64,000 bases of DNA from an uncultured Candidatus Saccharibacteria bacterium (lineage in GTDB: Bacteria; Patescibacteriota; Saccharimonadia; JAGOAT01; CAYZIP01). Below, in pieces: positions 1 through 9,567 of this stretch. The notes under the pieces are model-generated. The model did not search any database and was not told the DNA's origin. It saw nothing but the letters and a program-made list of their open reading frames with translations. The DNA is taken from positions 4,143 to 68,142 of the forward strand of contig CAYZIP010000003.1 in the NCBI GenBank assembly GCA_964478695.1. The letters are read 5' to 3'. Within the stretch, counting starts at the first letter, position 1. Each line of letters opens with the position of its first letter. A program made the translations under genes and the position numbers.

Positions 1-652
1 GATAATAAAAATCCGATACTAAGGCCTAATAATCCCCATCTGAGCTCATGCAGCCCTTTAAGAGAGTAGCCCAATATCCCTCCCATGATTACAAAGGAAG
101 CACTGATTAGGTTAATTATTAATACCTTTTTTTTAGAATAACCATGACTTAAAAGCAGTCCAAAGTCACCAATTTCTTGAGGTAGTTCGTGCATAGCTGA
201 CAGTAGAGCACTAGTTAGCCCTAGCCCAGGATTGGCAATATAGGCAATGGCTATAGCTAAGCCATCCAAAAAATTATGCAGAGTATCTCCTATAATCAAC
301 ATAGCAGGAAGACGTTTTTTACGGCCACTATTATGGGGATGCTTGTATGTGTCTCCGTCATGTTGGTGATGGTGATGGAACCAGTCTAGGCTTTTATTTA
401 ACATAAAGAAAACACAGAATCCGACAGTGGTAGCAATAATTGTTTTGTTATATCCATATAATTTAATAGATTCAGGGATTAAATCCGTCAGAATTGCTGC
501 AATGATGGCAGCTGCTGTAAAACTACTGGCGTATTTTATAAATACTCTTGATAGGCTGGGGATAAACATAATGATAATCCCTCCAATTAAAGAAAATACA
601 CCGCCCACAATGGTGAGTAATATTATATTGATGATATCTTGATTCAAAAACA
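1..652 (-). CDS. ZIP-family (ZupT-like) divalent metal transporter. The 5' part is in the window and the C-terminus runs off the left edge.
   Basis: The minus-strand translation starts MFLNQDIINIILLTIVGG at 652. It contains HHHHQHDGDTYKHPHNSG and the ZIP signature HELPQEIGDFGLL. The ORF is absent from the track because it is edge-truncated. Confidence 0.7.
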
Positions 653-859
653 TTAGTAATTATTGTAGCTTAAGTTATGGCTGTATCAAAACGAAAGTGA
701 CCATTGGTTTAAATAGATATCTAAAATATTGCGTTAAACTATTACTATAAAGATTTAGACAAAACATTATTCTTTACCCACCTAAAACTTTATATGGTTG
801 GTGATATAATATTATTATCAACAATTAATTATTACTTCAAGGGAAGGAGCTATAGATAT

Positions 860-1123
860 ATGGGAGAGGTGAAGTCATTAAATGGTATGTGTCAAAGTTG
901 TTTTATGCCTTTTAAAAAAGATCCAAAAGGGGCCGATAGGGAGAGTGTGGGCTATTGTAGTTACTGCTATCATGATGGCAAGTTAGCCTACGAAGGAGAT
1001 GACCTTAACGAATTTAAAAAAGCTGTTTATACTGCCATGATTTCTAGGGGAGAAAATAAGTACAAGGCCAAACTGTTTACCTTTATGGTAGGATTTGCTC
1101 CTCGTTGGAAAAATAAAAAATAA
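860..1123 (+). CDS. Putative zinc-ribbon domain protein (CxxC...CxxC). The ORF opens at 794, but ATG 860 has an RBS.
   Basis: Motif MCQSCFMPF...GYCSYCYHDGK. AAGGGAAGGAG lies 11 nt upstream of ATG 860. Confidence 0.45.
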   Translation: MGEVKSLNGMCQSCFMPFKKDPKGADRESVGYCSYCYHDGKLAYEGDDLNEFKKAVYTAMISRGENKYKAKLFTFMVGFAPRWKNKK

Positions 1124-1143
1124 AATAACTACTATAAATACTT

Positions 1144-1232
1144 ACATAGCCATCTTGTTTTAAAGATGGCTATGTAACAGTATCGAGGCAGGGGGTGGAA
1201 TGTCCACTTTGGCTCTGCCTCAATACTGTTAT
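1144..1232. terminator. Two consecutive hairpins between convergent genes. The first is ACATAGCCATCTT-gtttta-AAGATGGCTATGT. The second has a 16-bp stem, AACAGTATCGAGGCAG...CTGCCTCAATACTGTT, followed by ATTT.
   Basis: I found the inverted repeats by eye. They sit between the 3' ends of 860..1123 (+) and 1358..1897 (-). Confidence 0.45.
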
Positions 1233-1357
1233 TTGACTAGATGGACCAGATAGCTCTTCTGATGGGTTTTGCTTATGGGGGTAGAATCTTCCCATCTCTT
1301 AGCTGTTCTTTGTGTGTCTTGCTGGGGCAGACTTCTGTCTCAGCAAGACACATTTAT

Positions 1358-1897
1358 TCACCCCTCATCATCACCGCTTTTGATCAGCTCATCCCCTCGT
1401 TCTGGGTAAAAGGGGTAATTCTCTAGTCCTGAATGTCGTGGCACTACGACCCATTCAGTATTTGACCCCATAATCGCAAGCAGCAAGTTCTTTAAGGTTT
1501 TATCTTCTAGTGCCCTTACTTCTTCTCTATTAAATAGCTTGAAGTATGAGCCGAAGTAATAACACTTGATGAGCAAAGCACGATTTCGTTGCTCGTCAAT
1601 GATTTGTTCATCAATCTTGGTTACGCACGTGATTACTATCCAATATTTCAGCCAACAAGTATTTGCTGGGACTCCTGCTGCAGCGAGGAGTTCTAATGGG
1701 CTAGAGACATGATCGCTGGGTCCTTGTGTTCTGACGATACCGTCTCCATCAACATATTTTCTTGAGAAGTAAAACTTGGCAGTAACAGTTACGGTGAGAA
1801 TACGGCCATTATCTGCTCCTAGAAAATATGTGACTGCAGTGTTATCAGGTGCTGACACTTTGTTTAATGTCCTTTCGGTAGATTCCTCTTCAAGCAA
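1358..1897 (-). CDS. Hypothetical protein.
   Basis: A 179-aa ORF with no motif I recognise. Confidence 0.35.
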   Translation of the reverse strand: MLEEESTERTLNKVSAPDNTAVTYFLGADNGRILTVTVTAKFYFSRKYVDGDGIVRTQGPSDHVSSPLELLAAAGVPANTCWLKYWIVITCVTKIDEQIIDEQRNRALLIKCYYFGSYFKLFNREEVRALEDKTLKNLLLAIMGSNTEWVVVPRHSGLENYPFYPERGDELIKSGDDEG

Positions 1898-2144
1898 TGT
1901 TACTTGAATCTGTTGTTCTTAGCCGGTACCCTTTTGGTCCTAGGTAAGATGAGGTGTGATAATACTATGTCTTTTTCATAATATCACCACACCTCATCTT
2001 ACTTTTTCTGGCTTGTTAATGAACCTCAAAAGAATGCTTAATTGCCCCCTTTAAGATGAATATATTTTAGCACATATTAGCAATCTTGGGTTAAAATTAT
2101 TCTAATTGTAGCCTTATTTTGATATGATTAAAGTGGAAGAATAT

Positions 2145-2219
2145 TGGGATGTAGCCAAGTGGTAAGGCACCGGGTTTTGGTCCCGGCATGCGTAGGTTCG
2201 AATCCTACCATCCCAGCCA
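2145..2219 (+). tRNA. tRNA-Gln (anticodon UUG).
   Basis: TGGGATGTAGCCAAGTGGTAAGGCACCGGGTTTTGGTCCCGG...GGTTCGAATCCTACCATCCCAGCCA. It folds as a cloverleaf and is close to E. coli tRNA-Gln. The anticodon loop is TTTTGGT. Confidence 0.9.
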
Positions 2220-2412
2220 TTAATCTGGACTCGCTTTGGCGAGCCTAGATTAATGGCTTTAGATTCTTTTGGATGAAGAACCGTGATTTGTGAATTTATG
2301 AACAAATCTAGGGGCGGTTGGGTCCCGTTGCGAAGCAATGGGCGACCGTTAGGTCTATCCTACCATCCCAGCCATTAATCTGGACTCGCTTTGGCGAGCT
2401 TAAGATTAATGG
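2204..2412 (+). repeat. A direct repeat of about 53 nt (2204..2256 and 2359..2412). Each copy is the last 16 nt of tRNA-Gln plus a downstream hairpin, CCATTAATCTGG-ACTCGCTTTGGCGAG-CxTAGATTAATGG. A degenerate tRNA T-arm remnant precedes the second copy.
   Basis: By eye, cctaccatcccagccattaatctggactcgctttggcgagc is seen twice. The second copy is preceded by gttaggtctat in place of gtaggttcgaat. Confidence 0.7.
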
Positions 2413-2458
2413 TCTTAGATGCTTAATATATTAAACTAATAAATGAGGTGAACTAATA

Positions 2459-2851
2459 ATGAAGACAATACTAGTAGATGCAATCAACGGCTTAGTTCTA
2501 GAGGATGGCAGCATGCTTCAGCCAATGCACGAATTGCTGGAAACATATCCTAATCCAAAGATAGTTTTAACAGGTGCGAACGACGAGCAGTTCAAGAATT
2601 TCAAGCTTGACCAAGTACCCTATGAAGTATTTACTCTCAAGCACGATCCTGAAAAAACTGACCCAGCGTATTTCCACATCATGCTAGAGAAATATGGCCT
2701 AGAGCCAGGGGATGTAGTCTATTTTGAGCACAACGCTGAAGCTGCTAAAACTGCCGAATCCGTTGGCATCAAAACGTACTTCTATGACCATGCCAAGGAA
2801 GACATGAATGCACTCAAACTATTCTTTGATCAAAGTCTGGAGAGTAAATAA
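2459..2851 (+). CDS. Small HAD-superfamily hydrolase-like protein.
   Basis: A 130-aa protein with C-terminal YFEHNAEAAKTAESVGIKTYFYDH, as in HAD motifs III/IV. Confidence 0.45.
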   Translation: MKTILVDAINGLVLEDGSMLQPMHELLETYPNPKIVLTGANDEQFKNFKLDQVPYEVFTLKHDPEKTDPAYFHIMLEKYGLEPGDVVYFEHNAEAAKTAESVGIKTYFYDHAKEDMNALKLFFDQSLESK

Positions 2852-3262
2852 GTGCGAACCAAAGTTCTTATTATTGCTGTTGTAAAGAAAGATAATCAGA
2901 TTTTAATGTGTAAGAAGCCTGAAGAGTCTGCGCCATATAAGGAAACCTGGTACCTGTTTGGCGCAGAGCTTACCCCAGACAAGGCCCCTGAGAAAGCTTT
3001 ACGGGATCTTGTAAAAACTCAGTCTGGGATAGACACAGAGCTGGGTGAACAGTTCTCTTGGGACACAGAAGTCAAAAAAGATTTAGATGGTATTGAAAAA
3101 CATTTCGTATACCTAGACGTTATTTGTAATTACGTTTCCGGTGAACCAACTGCAGCACCTGGTATTGAAAAGATAGAATGGGTACTAATCCAGAATCTGG
3201 GTGATTATGATTTGGTACCACCATCGGTCGAAGTGTTTAAGAAACTGGGGTACTTGAAATAA
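2852..3262 (+). CDS. NUDIX hydrolase-like protein, with a GTG start overlapping the preceding stop.
   Basis: LFGAELTPDKAPEKALRDLVKTQSGID resembles a Nudix box. Confidence 0.5.
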   Translation: MRTKVLIIAVVKKDNQILMCKKPEESAPYKETWYLFGAELTPDKAPEKALRDLVKTQSGIDTELGEQFSWDTEVKKDLDGIEKHFVYLDVICNYVSGEPTAAPGIEKIEWVLIQNLGDYDLVPPSVEVFKKLGYLK

Positions 3263-3387
3263 AACTACTTTTGACCTCGGCCGGTATCACAAATCAAAGT
3301 ATTGCAGTTGCTCTCGGCGAATTAACTGATAAACATTCCAACGAAGTTAAGGTGGGTTTTTGTTTTGCGAGGGCTTATACTTAGTAA

Positions 3388-4419
3388 GTGAGTCTTGATA
3401 TGCCTAATATTAAAAATAACAAACCTAAATATAAGATAATTGCTAATATCAATACAGCAGATTATGCAAACAGAAAGTTAGGAGATATCCCAACTTATGG
3501 TTTTAATCCGCCTGACCACTTTACCAAACAGCTTACTGAGACGGTAGGGGCAATACATCAAAACCTATATGATGAGATACAGAAGACATTGAACAGTGTC
3601 ACTAAGGCTCAACAGGATCTCATCAAATCGTTAAATCTCATTAGTATCAAAAAAATTCTTTGGGACACTACAAATCTCACCAAATTATTTTCAGAATTTT
3701 TTAAGTTTAAGATTTTAGATAACCACCTACCTGATAACTGGTTAGGTAGTAAGCCACAAGAAGCTGCTAGGTTATGTGCCCAAGGCATACCTATAGTTTT
3801 CGTACCAAGAACTACTATCGTCAGTAAACTTATTGAAGCTAATGGTGTTCCAGGCATTAAGAAAATAATTGCTCATAGCAAAAACTCTCCACTAATAATC
3901 AATGATTGCGAGAAAGCTCTAGCGGAGTGTGGCTGGCTATCTAAAGATATGCGTGAACATATAAATGAAAGCATTATCAGTTTTAAGAATGCTCAGTATA
4001 GGGCTGCTCAGAGTACGGCCATTATTGCCTTTGATAGTCTATTGAATGTCGTCATAGATATGAGTGTGCATCGTAAGAAGAATAAAAAAGCACTAGCCTA
4101 CACCCATGTTAAGCAATACACACGCTGGACGGATAATATAGACCTTATGGGATCACCCTTGGTACGTATGCCGTTCTATGTGGTTCTTATGCTACCCGTA
4201 ATTAGCCACATGCTTATTGATTTTTCTATTGGGGATAAAGCTACATACCTCAATAGTACGAACAGACATGTTTCATCTCATACTATAGATTCTAAGCAGT
4301 ACAAAAAATCTAATGCATTGCTAGCAATTATGACTATTGCCAGTATCTGTAAAGTAACACAACTCAATGATAAGTATTGGCTACAAAAATATACGCATAT
4401 CATGACAAACATATCATGA
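3388..4419 (+). CDS. Hypothetical protein.
   Basis: A 343-aa ORF with no motif I recognise. Confidence 0.35.
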   Translation: MSLDMPNIKNNKPKYKIIANINTADYANRKLGDIPTYGFNPPDHFTKQLTETVGAIHQNLYDEIQKTLNSVTKAQQDLIKSLNLISIKKILWDTTNLTKLFSEFFKFKILDNHLPDNWLGSKPQEAARLCAQGIPIVFVPRTTIVSKLIEANGVPGIKKIIAHSKNSPLIINDCEKALAECGWLSKDMREHINESIISFKNAQYRAAQSTAIIAFDSLLNVVIDMSVHRKKNKKALAYTHVKQYTRWTDNIDLMGSPLVRMPFYVVLMLPVISHMLIDFSIGDKATYLNSTNRHVSSHTIDSKQYKKSNALLAIMTIASICKVTQLNDKYWLQKYTHIMTNIS

Positions 4420-4852
4420 AAGCAGCAACCTTTCAGTAAATATCTCTGTAAATGATTTAAATTACATGTTTTTATCTCTAATCTCTAAGATGGGTTTACT
4501 CCCATCCCTTAATTTTAAACGTATATTTGGTTACTTTGTTCAGGGATGAGAAATTGTAAAATGGCATATTTGTGAAAGAGGTCTGCTCTACAATTTGAAA
4601 TAAAGGGCAATAGGTCTTTTGTTTGAACTATAAATATGGTAACTCCGCGTGAAGGTAGTTTGGATCAAACCTTATTGCCCCCCTCAATAATAAGGTACTA
4701 TTGTTTTTATTTAAGAGGAAACCAGTAATAATGCAAGATAAACCAAACATAGTAACAAATGGGCGAGAGTTAGGTCTATTATGGTTATTAATATATTTTT
4801 TAAGCCTTATTTTGACGAATTGGCCTAACTTAATGGATAATTAAAGTAGACT

Positions 4853-5497
4853 ATGGATAATAATCAAGATAATCTTGCTAGTATTAAACAATACATAAAA
4901 GTTTTTAATAAATTTGAGAAGGTGTGGGGTTATTTAAACGCTTTTAACAGCAAAGATGTTGTTAAATACATTAATACTAACAATGCTGGGAAAAATTCTA
5001 GGGTTATCTATGCATTTGATAGTAGAGATATATTCATAGATAATGCAATATTGACCACTATTGTTTTGTGGGAGTCAAATAGTAACAATGATATTTTCAA
5101 AAAAATACTCCCTGTCTCACTTAGGTCTGAGTTTGAGCAACTTAGAAAGAATATGCTCGACGAATTAGAAGGCCTAAAGGAATATCGCGATAAATCTCTT
5201 GGGCATATTGACGCCCCAAGAAAATACAATCAACTGGAGAATACTAAGCATTATTTCTGTTTCTTAAATATAACCTACGAATTTATGATTAAGATTAATC
5301 AATATTTAAACTCAAGTTATAGTTTAAATCCAAAACCGATAGAACATTCAGACTATAGTTCATTTGTTAGTATACTTATAAACACCTGCATCAAAACCTC
5401 CAAAGAAGAAGATTCTATAGAGCAAGATGAAGTAATTATTGATCCATCGCATGACGCTATTATGACGCGAATAAACACTTTTTTTACAAAAATATAA
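4853..5497 (+). CDS. Hypothetical protein with an HEPN-like Rx5H motif (EYRDKSLGHID). It may be an Abi (AbiU2-like) protein.
   Basis: The motif was spotted by eye. The gene sits in a poorly conserved neighbourhood. Confidence 0.3.
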   Translation: MDNNQDNLASIKQYIKVFNKFEKVWGYLNAFNSKDVVKYINTNNAGKNSRVIYAFDSRDIFIDNAILTTIVLWESNSNNDIFKKILPVSLRSEFEQLRKNMLDELEGLKEYRDKSLGHIDAPRKYNQLENTKHYFCFLNITYEFMIKINQYLNSSYSLNPKPIEHSDYSSFVSILINTCIKTSKEEDSIEQDEVIIDPSHDAIMTRINTFFTKI

Positions 5498-5520
5498 GAT
5501 GGTTTATAATAAGGTTAACT

Positions 5521-5952
5521 ATGATCACAATTAATCCTTATATAAATTTCAATGGAAATGCCGAAGAAGCTTTTATCTTTTATAAATCAGTATTTGGTGG
5601 AGAATTTACAAAAGTCATGAGGTTTAAAGACTTAGCAAGTGCAGATTCTCCAGTATCGGAAAAAGAGGCAGATAAAATCATGCATATAGCTCTACCTATA
5701 GGTGGGAATATGTTAATAGCTAATGATGTCCCCGAGGTGATGGGGAGAGTAAATGAAAATGAGAACAGGTCAAAAATTTCAGTTAGTATAGATAGTAAAG
5801 AAGAAGCAGATAGAATTTTTAATGCTCTTTCGGCAGGAGGAGTGGTAGAAATGCCAATCTCGGATAGTCCTTGGGGGCCTTATTTTGGAATGTTTAGGGA
5901 TAAGTATGGGATTGAGTGGACGATTGAATTTGATCAAGCTAAGCTATATTAA
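5521..5952 (+). CDS. VOC-family (glyoxalase/PhnB-like) protein.
   Basis: MITINPYINFNGNAEEAFIFYKSVFGG...PWGPYFGMFRDKYGIEWTIEF is typical of the PhnB/3-demethylubiquinone-9 methyltransferase-like domain. Confidence 0.7.
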   Translation: MITINPYINFNGNAEEAFIFYKSVFGGEFTKVMRFKDLASADSPVSEKEADKIMHIALPIGGNMLIANDVPEVMGRVNENENRSKISVSIDSKEEADRIFNALSAGGVVEMPISDSPWGPYFGMFRDKYGIEWTIEFDQAKLY

Positions 5953-5999
5953 TAATAAAAAATTATATTTTGATGTATCTTTAATACTTCTAGTAATGA

Positions 6000-6449
6000 A
6001 TGGTTTATTTTATGCCAAATAATGTCTTTATTAATTACATATACCGATCAATACATGAACGTATAGATATCAAAAATAATAAAATCCAATTAGGCCTACT
6101 GGTATTTTTTCTAGCCACAGCCCTATTAAAGATACTAACAGTACCTTTTTTATCACAACACATATCAAATTTTTATATTACAGGAATATTATTGCTACTT
6201 TCATTACATTGTAATTTAAAGAGATTAATTTCAAAATTTTATTTTTACACTGTGCTGTGGCTGTGGGTATTTATTAACCTATTAGCGGAATGGCTAGTAG
6301 GTGTAGATAGGCTTACGCTGCCAGGAATCAACTTCATCAATTTTAATACGCCAGATATGGTCGATGCTGTTTTTGGTATATTAGCAGTTATTATCTATGG
6401 GTTTATAACTTTAAAATATAGCACCAAGTCAGTATACACAAAGCCATGA
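6000..6449 (+). CDS. Hypothetical polytopic membrane protein.
   Basis: Hydrophobic segments are visible. Confidence 0.3.
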   Translation: MVYFMPNNVFINYIYRSIHERIDIKNNKIQLGLLVFFLATALLKILTVPFLSQHISNFYITGILLLLSLHCNLKRLISKFYFYTVLWLWVFINLLAEWLVGVDRLTLPGINFINFNTPDMVDAVFGILAVIIYGFITLKYSTKSVYTKP

Positions 6450-6684
6450 TGTCTAGTTTTCCATACTGGGGGCTCTGAATCTTGGATATAAGAACAAAAG
6501 CCGTTTTTTTAGAATAGTTTTCTCTATCGCATTGATCAATATCATATGTGCAATAAGATATAGGTTTTATAAAAAGCTAGCTTAAAACGCATAAGCTTTG
6601 ATACTATATTAATTAAAGATATTTTGATTTAGAATTGCTATATAATTTAATTAATTATTATATCTAAAAGGAGAGTATGGTGTT

Positions 6685-7359
6685 ATGAGATCTGATGTGG
6701 CTCAGAGAAAACTGCCGACAGCGCAACTAATATTGATCATGGTTATAGTGGTCCTGCTAGCTTATATAGGCTATATGAGATTTGGGGGCAAGGATGTCAG
6801 TAAGCTTAGTAAGAATATTGAAAATTTAAATAAAAAAGAACAACAGGATGTATTAGACAAACTAAAGAAGATAATCATTCTTCCAGACGAAACTCCGGTA
6901 TTAGCTACTGTTTTGGATAAAGAATCCCTCAAAGAACAACCATTCTTTAAGGATTCCATTAATGGTGACAAGATATTAATATTTCCTAAAGCCAAAAAGG
7001 CGGTTGTGTATAGGGTATCTGAAAATAAGATAGTAAATGTGGGGCCTATAGCTGTTGATCAGAAGGCTGCCGTTTTACCTAAAGCCAAAGTTGCAGTAGT
7101 GACTAGGGCCAAATCTAGCACTAATTATGACCAATTTATCAGTCAACTTGATAGTAATTTTGCCGCCGTGACTGAAGTAGCGGATAGAACCAATAGTACT
7201 ATTAGTAAGGACTTAACAGATAGTTTTATTTTTGACAAGTCTACCAAATTCACGGAAACTAAAAAGCAATTAATAGATAAGCTGGGTCTAAAAGAGGCAA
7301 ATTCGGCTCCCGATGGTGATGTGATGCCAGATGCTGATATTATTATTTATCTAAAATAA
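6685..7359 (+). CDS. Hypothetical membrane-anchored protein.
   Basis: An N-terminal TM segment (LILIMVIVVLLAYIGYM) followed by a soluble domain. Confidence 0.35.
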   Translation: MRSDVAQRKLPTAQLILIMVIVVLLAYIGYMRFGGKDVSKLSKNIENLNKKEQQDVLDKLKKIIILPDETPVLATVLDKESLKEQPFFKDSINGDKILIFPKAKKAVVYRVSENKIVNVGPIAVDQKAAVLPKAKVAVVTRAKSSTNYDQFISQLDSNFAAVTEVADRTNSTISKDLTDSFIFDKSTKFTETKKQLIDKLGLKEANSAPDGDVMPDADIIIYLK

Positions 7360-7749
7360 CTATATTTTGACTCCATAAAACTTTACTAGTCCAATAATAA
7401 ATATATTTTTAGCTACAAATACTTGATATTTTATATTTTTTATGTCATGATAGAAGGTACTAGGGCGGTAGTCTTGGGGGTTAGGGGGTTTTAAAATTGA
7501 TCCTAAAATCAACTCTATATATTAAATAACAAGGTTGTATGCGCTATATCTTTTCTACAATTATTATTACAGTTATCTGGGTCTGCCTTTTTACCTTAGC
7601 TCTCTTTGTCCCAACCAATCAGATATTTCATATATACTTGTTAGCTATCATTTCAACTTTGATGATGTATTTTCTGGGTCTTAGTAAGAAATAATTAATA
7701 AAAATTAATCTTACAAGTAATATTTTGATAAAACCATAGGACTTACTAA

Positions 7750-9354
7750 ATGTTTTCTAAAACGATTAATTTCTTACAGAATAGCCTGGAAAAAGACCAG
7801 CCCCTCAAAGAAAGAAAAAGAAGTTCTAGTATCCTTATTAATTCTTTCATCAGAATTATTACTGTTTTAAATCTGGGGATTAGAATTCTAATCATTATGA
7901 TTAATACTAAAAATCCAGAACTTAGACGTCGCTCCATTAATAGGGCTGTGTACTATGCTCTGTGGGATTTAGGTGGGGTCTACATAAAATTTTTACAGCA
8001 TCTTTCCAGTAGCAGCGAATTCTTCCAGGGGTGGGGAGAGCATTTAAAGAATAAGAGCTATGAACAAGTAGATACTGATTATATAGATATAAAGAAATAC
8101 CTACGAGGCCAATTGGGCGAACTTGCAGATCAGATAGAGCTGGAGAGCCTAGAGCCATTCGCGGCTGGATCATTTGCTCAAGTTTATTTAGCTACAATTA
8201 ATAAGCAAAAAGTAGTAATCAAGATACTCAGGCCTGGGTTACGAAAGAGATTATGGTTAGATCTATTGGTAATATCACAGATAGCTAGAGTAATAAACTC
8301 AGTAGCTGCCAGTAATATGTTTGATTTTAGGGACACTTTTGGCCAATTTGCTCATATCAGTAGACAAGAAACTAATTACTTACAGGAAGTAGCTTGCGCT
8401 CGCTGGTTCTATGAGTATTACAAGAATAGCGAAGAAATATACATCCCTAAAACACATGAATATCTATGTACATCTAGCTTGATTGTTCAAGAGTTTATAG
8501 AAGGATATTCTTTTGCTGAAATCTTAGAAATGAAAGATAGCGGAAAAGACATAGTTGCTATGTTTGAACAGGCCTATGGCTTTAATGTTACAGATAAAAT
8601 TAAATTATTAGCTTATCATATTCTGATGTCTACGGTGGCTGCAGAATATATACATGCCGATCCTCATCCAGGTAATTTTAAAATGATGCCAAATGGCAAG
8701 ATAGGCTATATAGATTTTGGTATAAATGCCAGACCTCCCAGTAATAAGGATGCCTATCTTACTATGATCTATGCTTATCATAAATTTTATGCTGGCAATA
8801 TGGATTATGAGCTTTTTACTAAATCATTCTTTCGTTTCTTTTTGCCAGATTTGTTTGAGGCTCTAGAAGTATTTAGCCAAAAACATATTATGCCAAAATA
8901 TAACTTCGATCTTATGACCAAGCTATCTAATATTATAGAAAAGAAAGTAAATGATGAAAACACTAGGTCTAATAAAGTAGAACAACTTACTCAGAGAGAG
9001 AAAAAATTTGGAGCTTTATTTAATCAGGTTATTAATCAACAAAATAGATTAGGGATAAAGATGAAACTAGAGTCATTTGCTTTAGTCAAGACAGTAAACT
9101 TAGCCTTAAATATGCTAAAATCCATGGGGCTACCCATGGAGGATATGTCTGATATATTTGGTAATGTACATAACTATTACCGTAAAAATGATATAGTAAC
9201 AGTATGGGAGCCAGTTATGTCTTCTATGAAGGCCGCCGAAATAGTTGTGGGTTGGTTAAACAACTTAGCTACAACTAATAGTGACATATTTCAAGAATTA
9301 ACTGGACCAATAGTGATTAAAAGATTGAGGGATTTACAGGAGAGTAGTCTATGA
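7750..9354 (+). CDS. ABC1/UbiB-family (aarF-domain) atypical protein kinase.
   Basis: LGGVYIKFLQHLS, FAAGSFAQVYLA, DPHPGNF and GYIDFG are conserved ABC1 motifs. Confidence 0.8.
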   Translation: MFSKTINFLQNSLEKDQPLKERKRSSSILINSFIRIITVLNLGIRILIIMINTKNPELRRRSINRAVYYALWDLGGVYIKFLQHLSSSSEFFQGWGEHLKNKSYEQVDTDYIDIKKYLRGQLGELADQIELESLEPFAAGSFAQVYLATINKQKVVIKILRPGLRKRLWLDLLVISQIARVINSVAASNMFDFRDTFGQFAHISRQETNYLQEVACARWFYEYYKNSEEIYIPKTHEYLCTSSLIVQEFIEGYSFAEILEMKDSGKDIVAMFEQAYGFNVTDKIKLLAYHILMSTVAAEYIHADPHPGNFKMMPNGKIGYIDFGINARPPSNKDAYLTMIYAYHKFYAGNMDYELFTKSFFRFFLPDLFEALEVFSQKHIMPKYNFDLMTKLSNIIEKKVNDENTRSNKVEQLTQREKKFGALFNQVINQQNRLGIKMKLESFALVKTVNLALNMLKSMGLPMEDMSDIFGNVHNYYRKNDIVTVWEPVMSSMKAAEIVVGWLNNLATTNSDIFQELTGPIVIKRLRDLQESSL

Positions 9355-9528
9355 AAGAATTAATTATATTTTTACGCCAACCATATATTGCCATTGTGGT
9401 AGCTGTGATGTGGATTTTCAGTCTCTTTATAGCCCTAATAGACATTGATAGCTTTCCTTTTATTTGGATGGTAATTATAAACCTAATGGTGACAATGGTT
9501 GTGACTCTAAGAAGTTTCAGAGAATATT
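9352..9528 (+). CDS. Small 58-aa membrane protein overlapping the stop of the ABC1 kinase.
   Basis: ATGA overlap. The protein is hydrophobic. It is not in the track because it is shorter than 60 aa. Confidence 0.25.
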
Positions 9529-9567
9529 AATTAAAGAGATTTAAATAGTAGTCTTTATTATTGTAAT

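Noticed and set aside
427-642. A 71-aa plus-strand ORF.
   Set aside because: It lies antisense inside the ZIP transporter gene, which has strong motif support on the minus strand.
2114-2338. A 74-aa minus-strand ORF.
   Set aside because: It lies antisense across tRNA-Gln and its repeat. It is read-through of structured RNA, not a gene.
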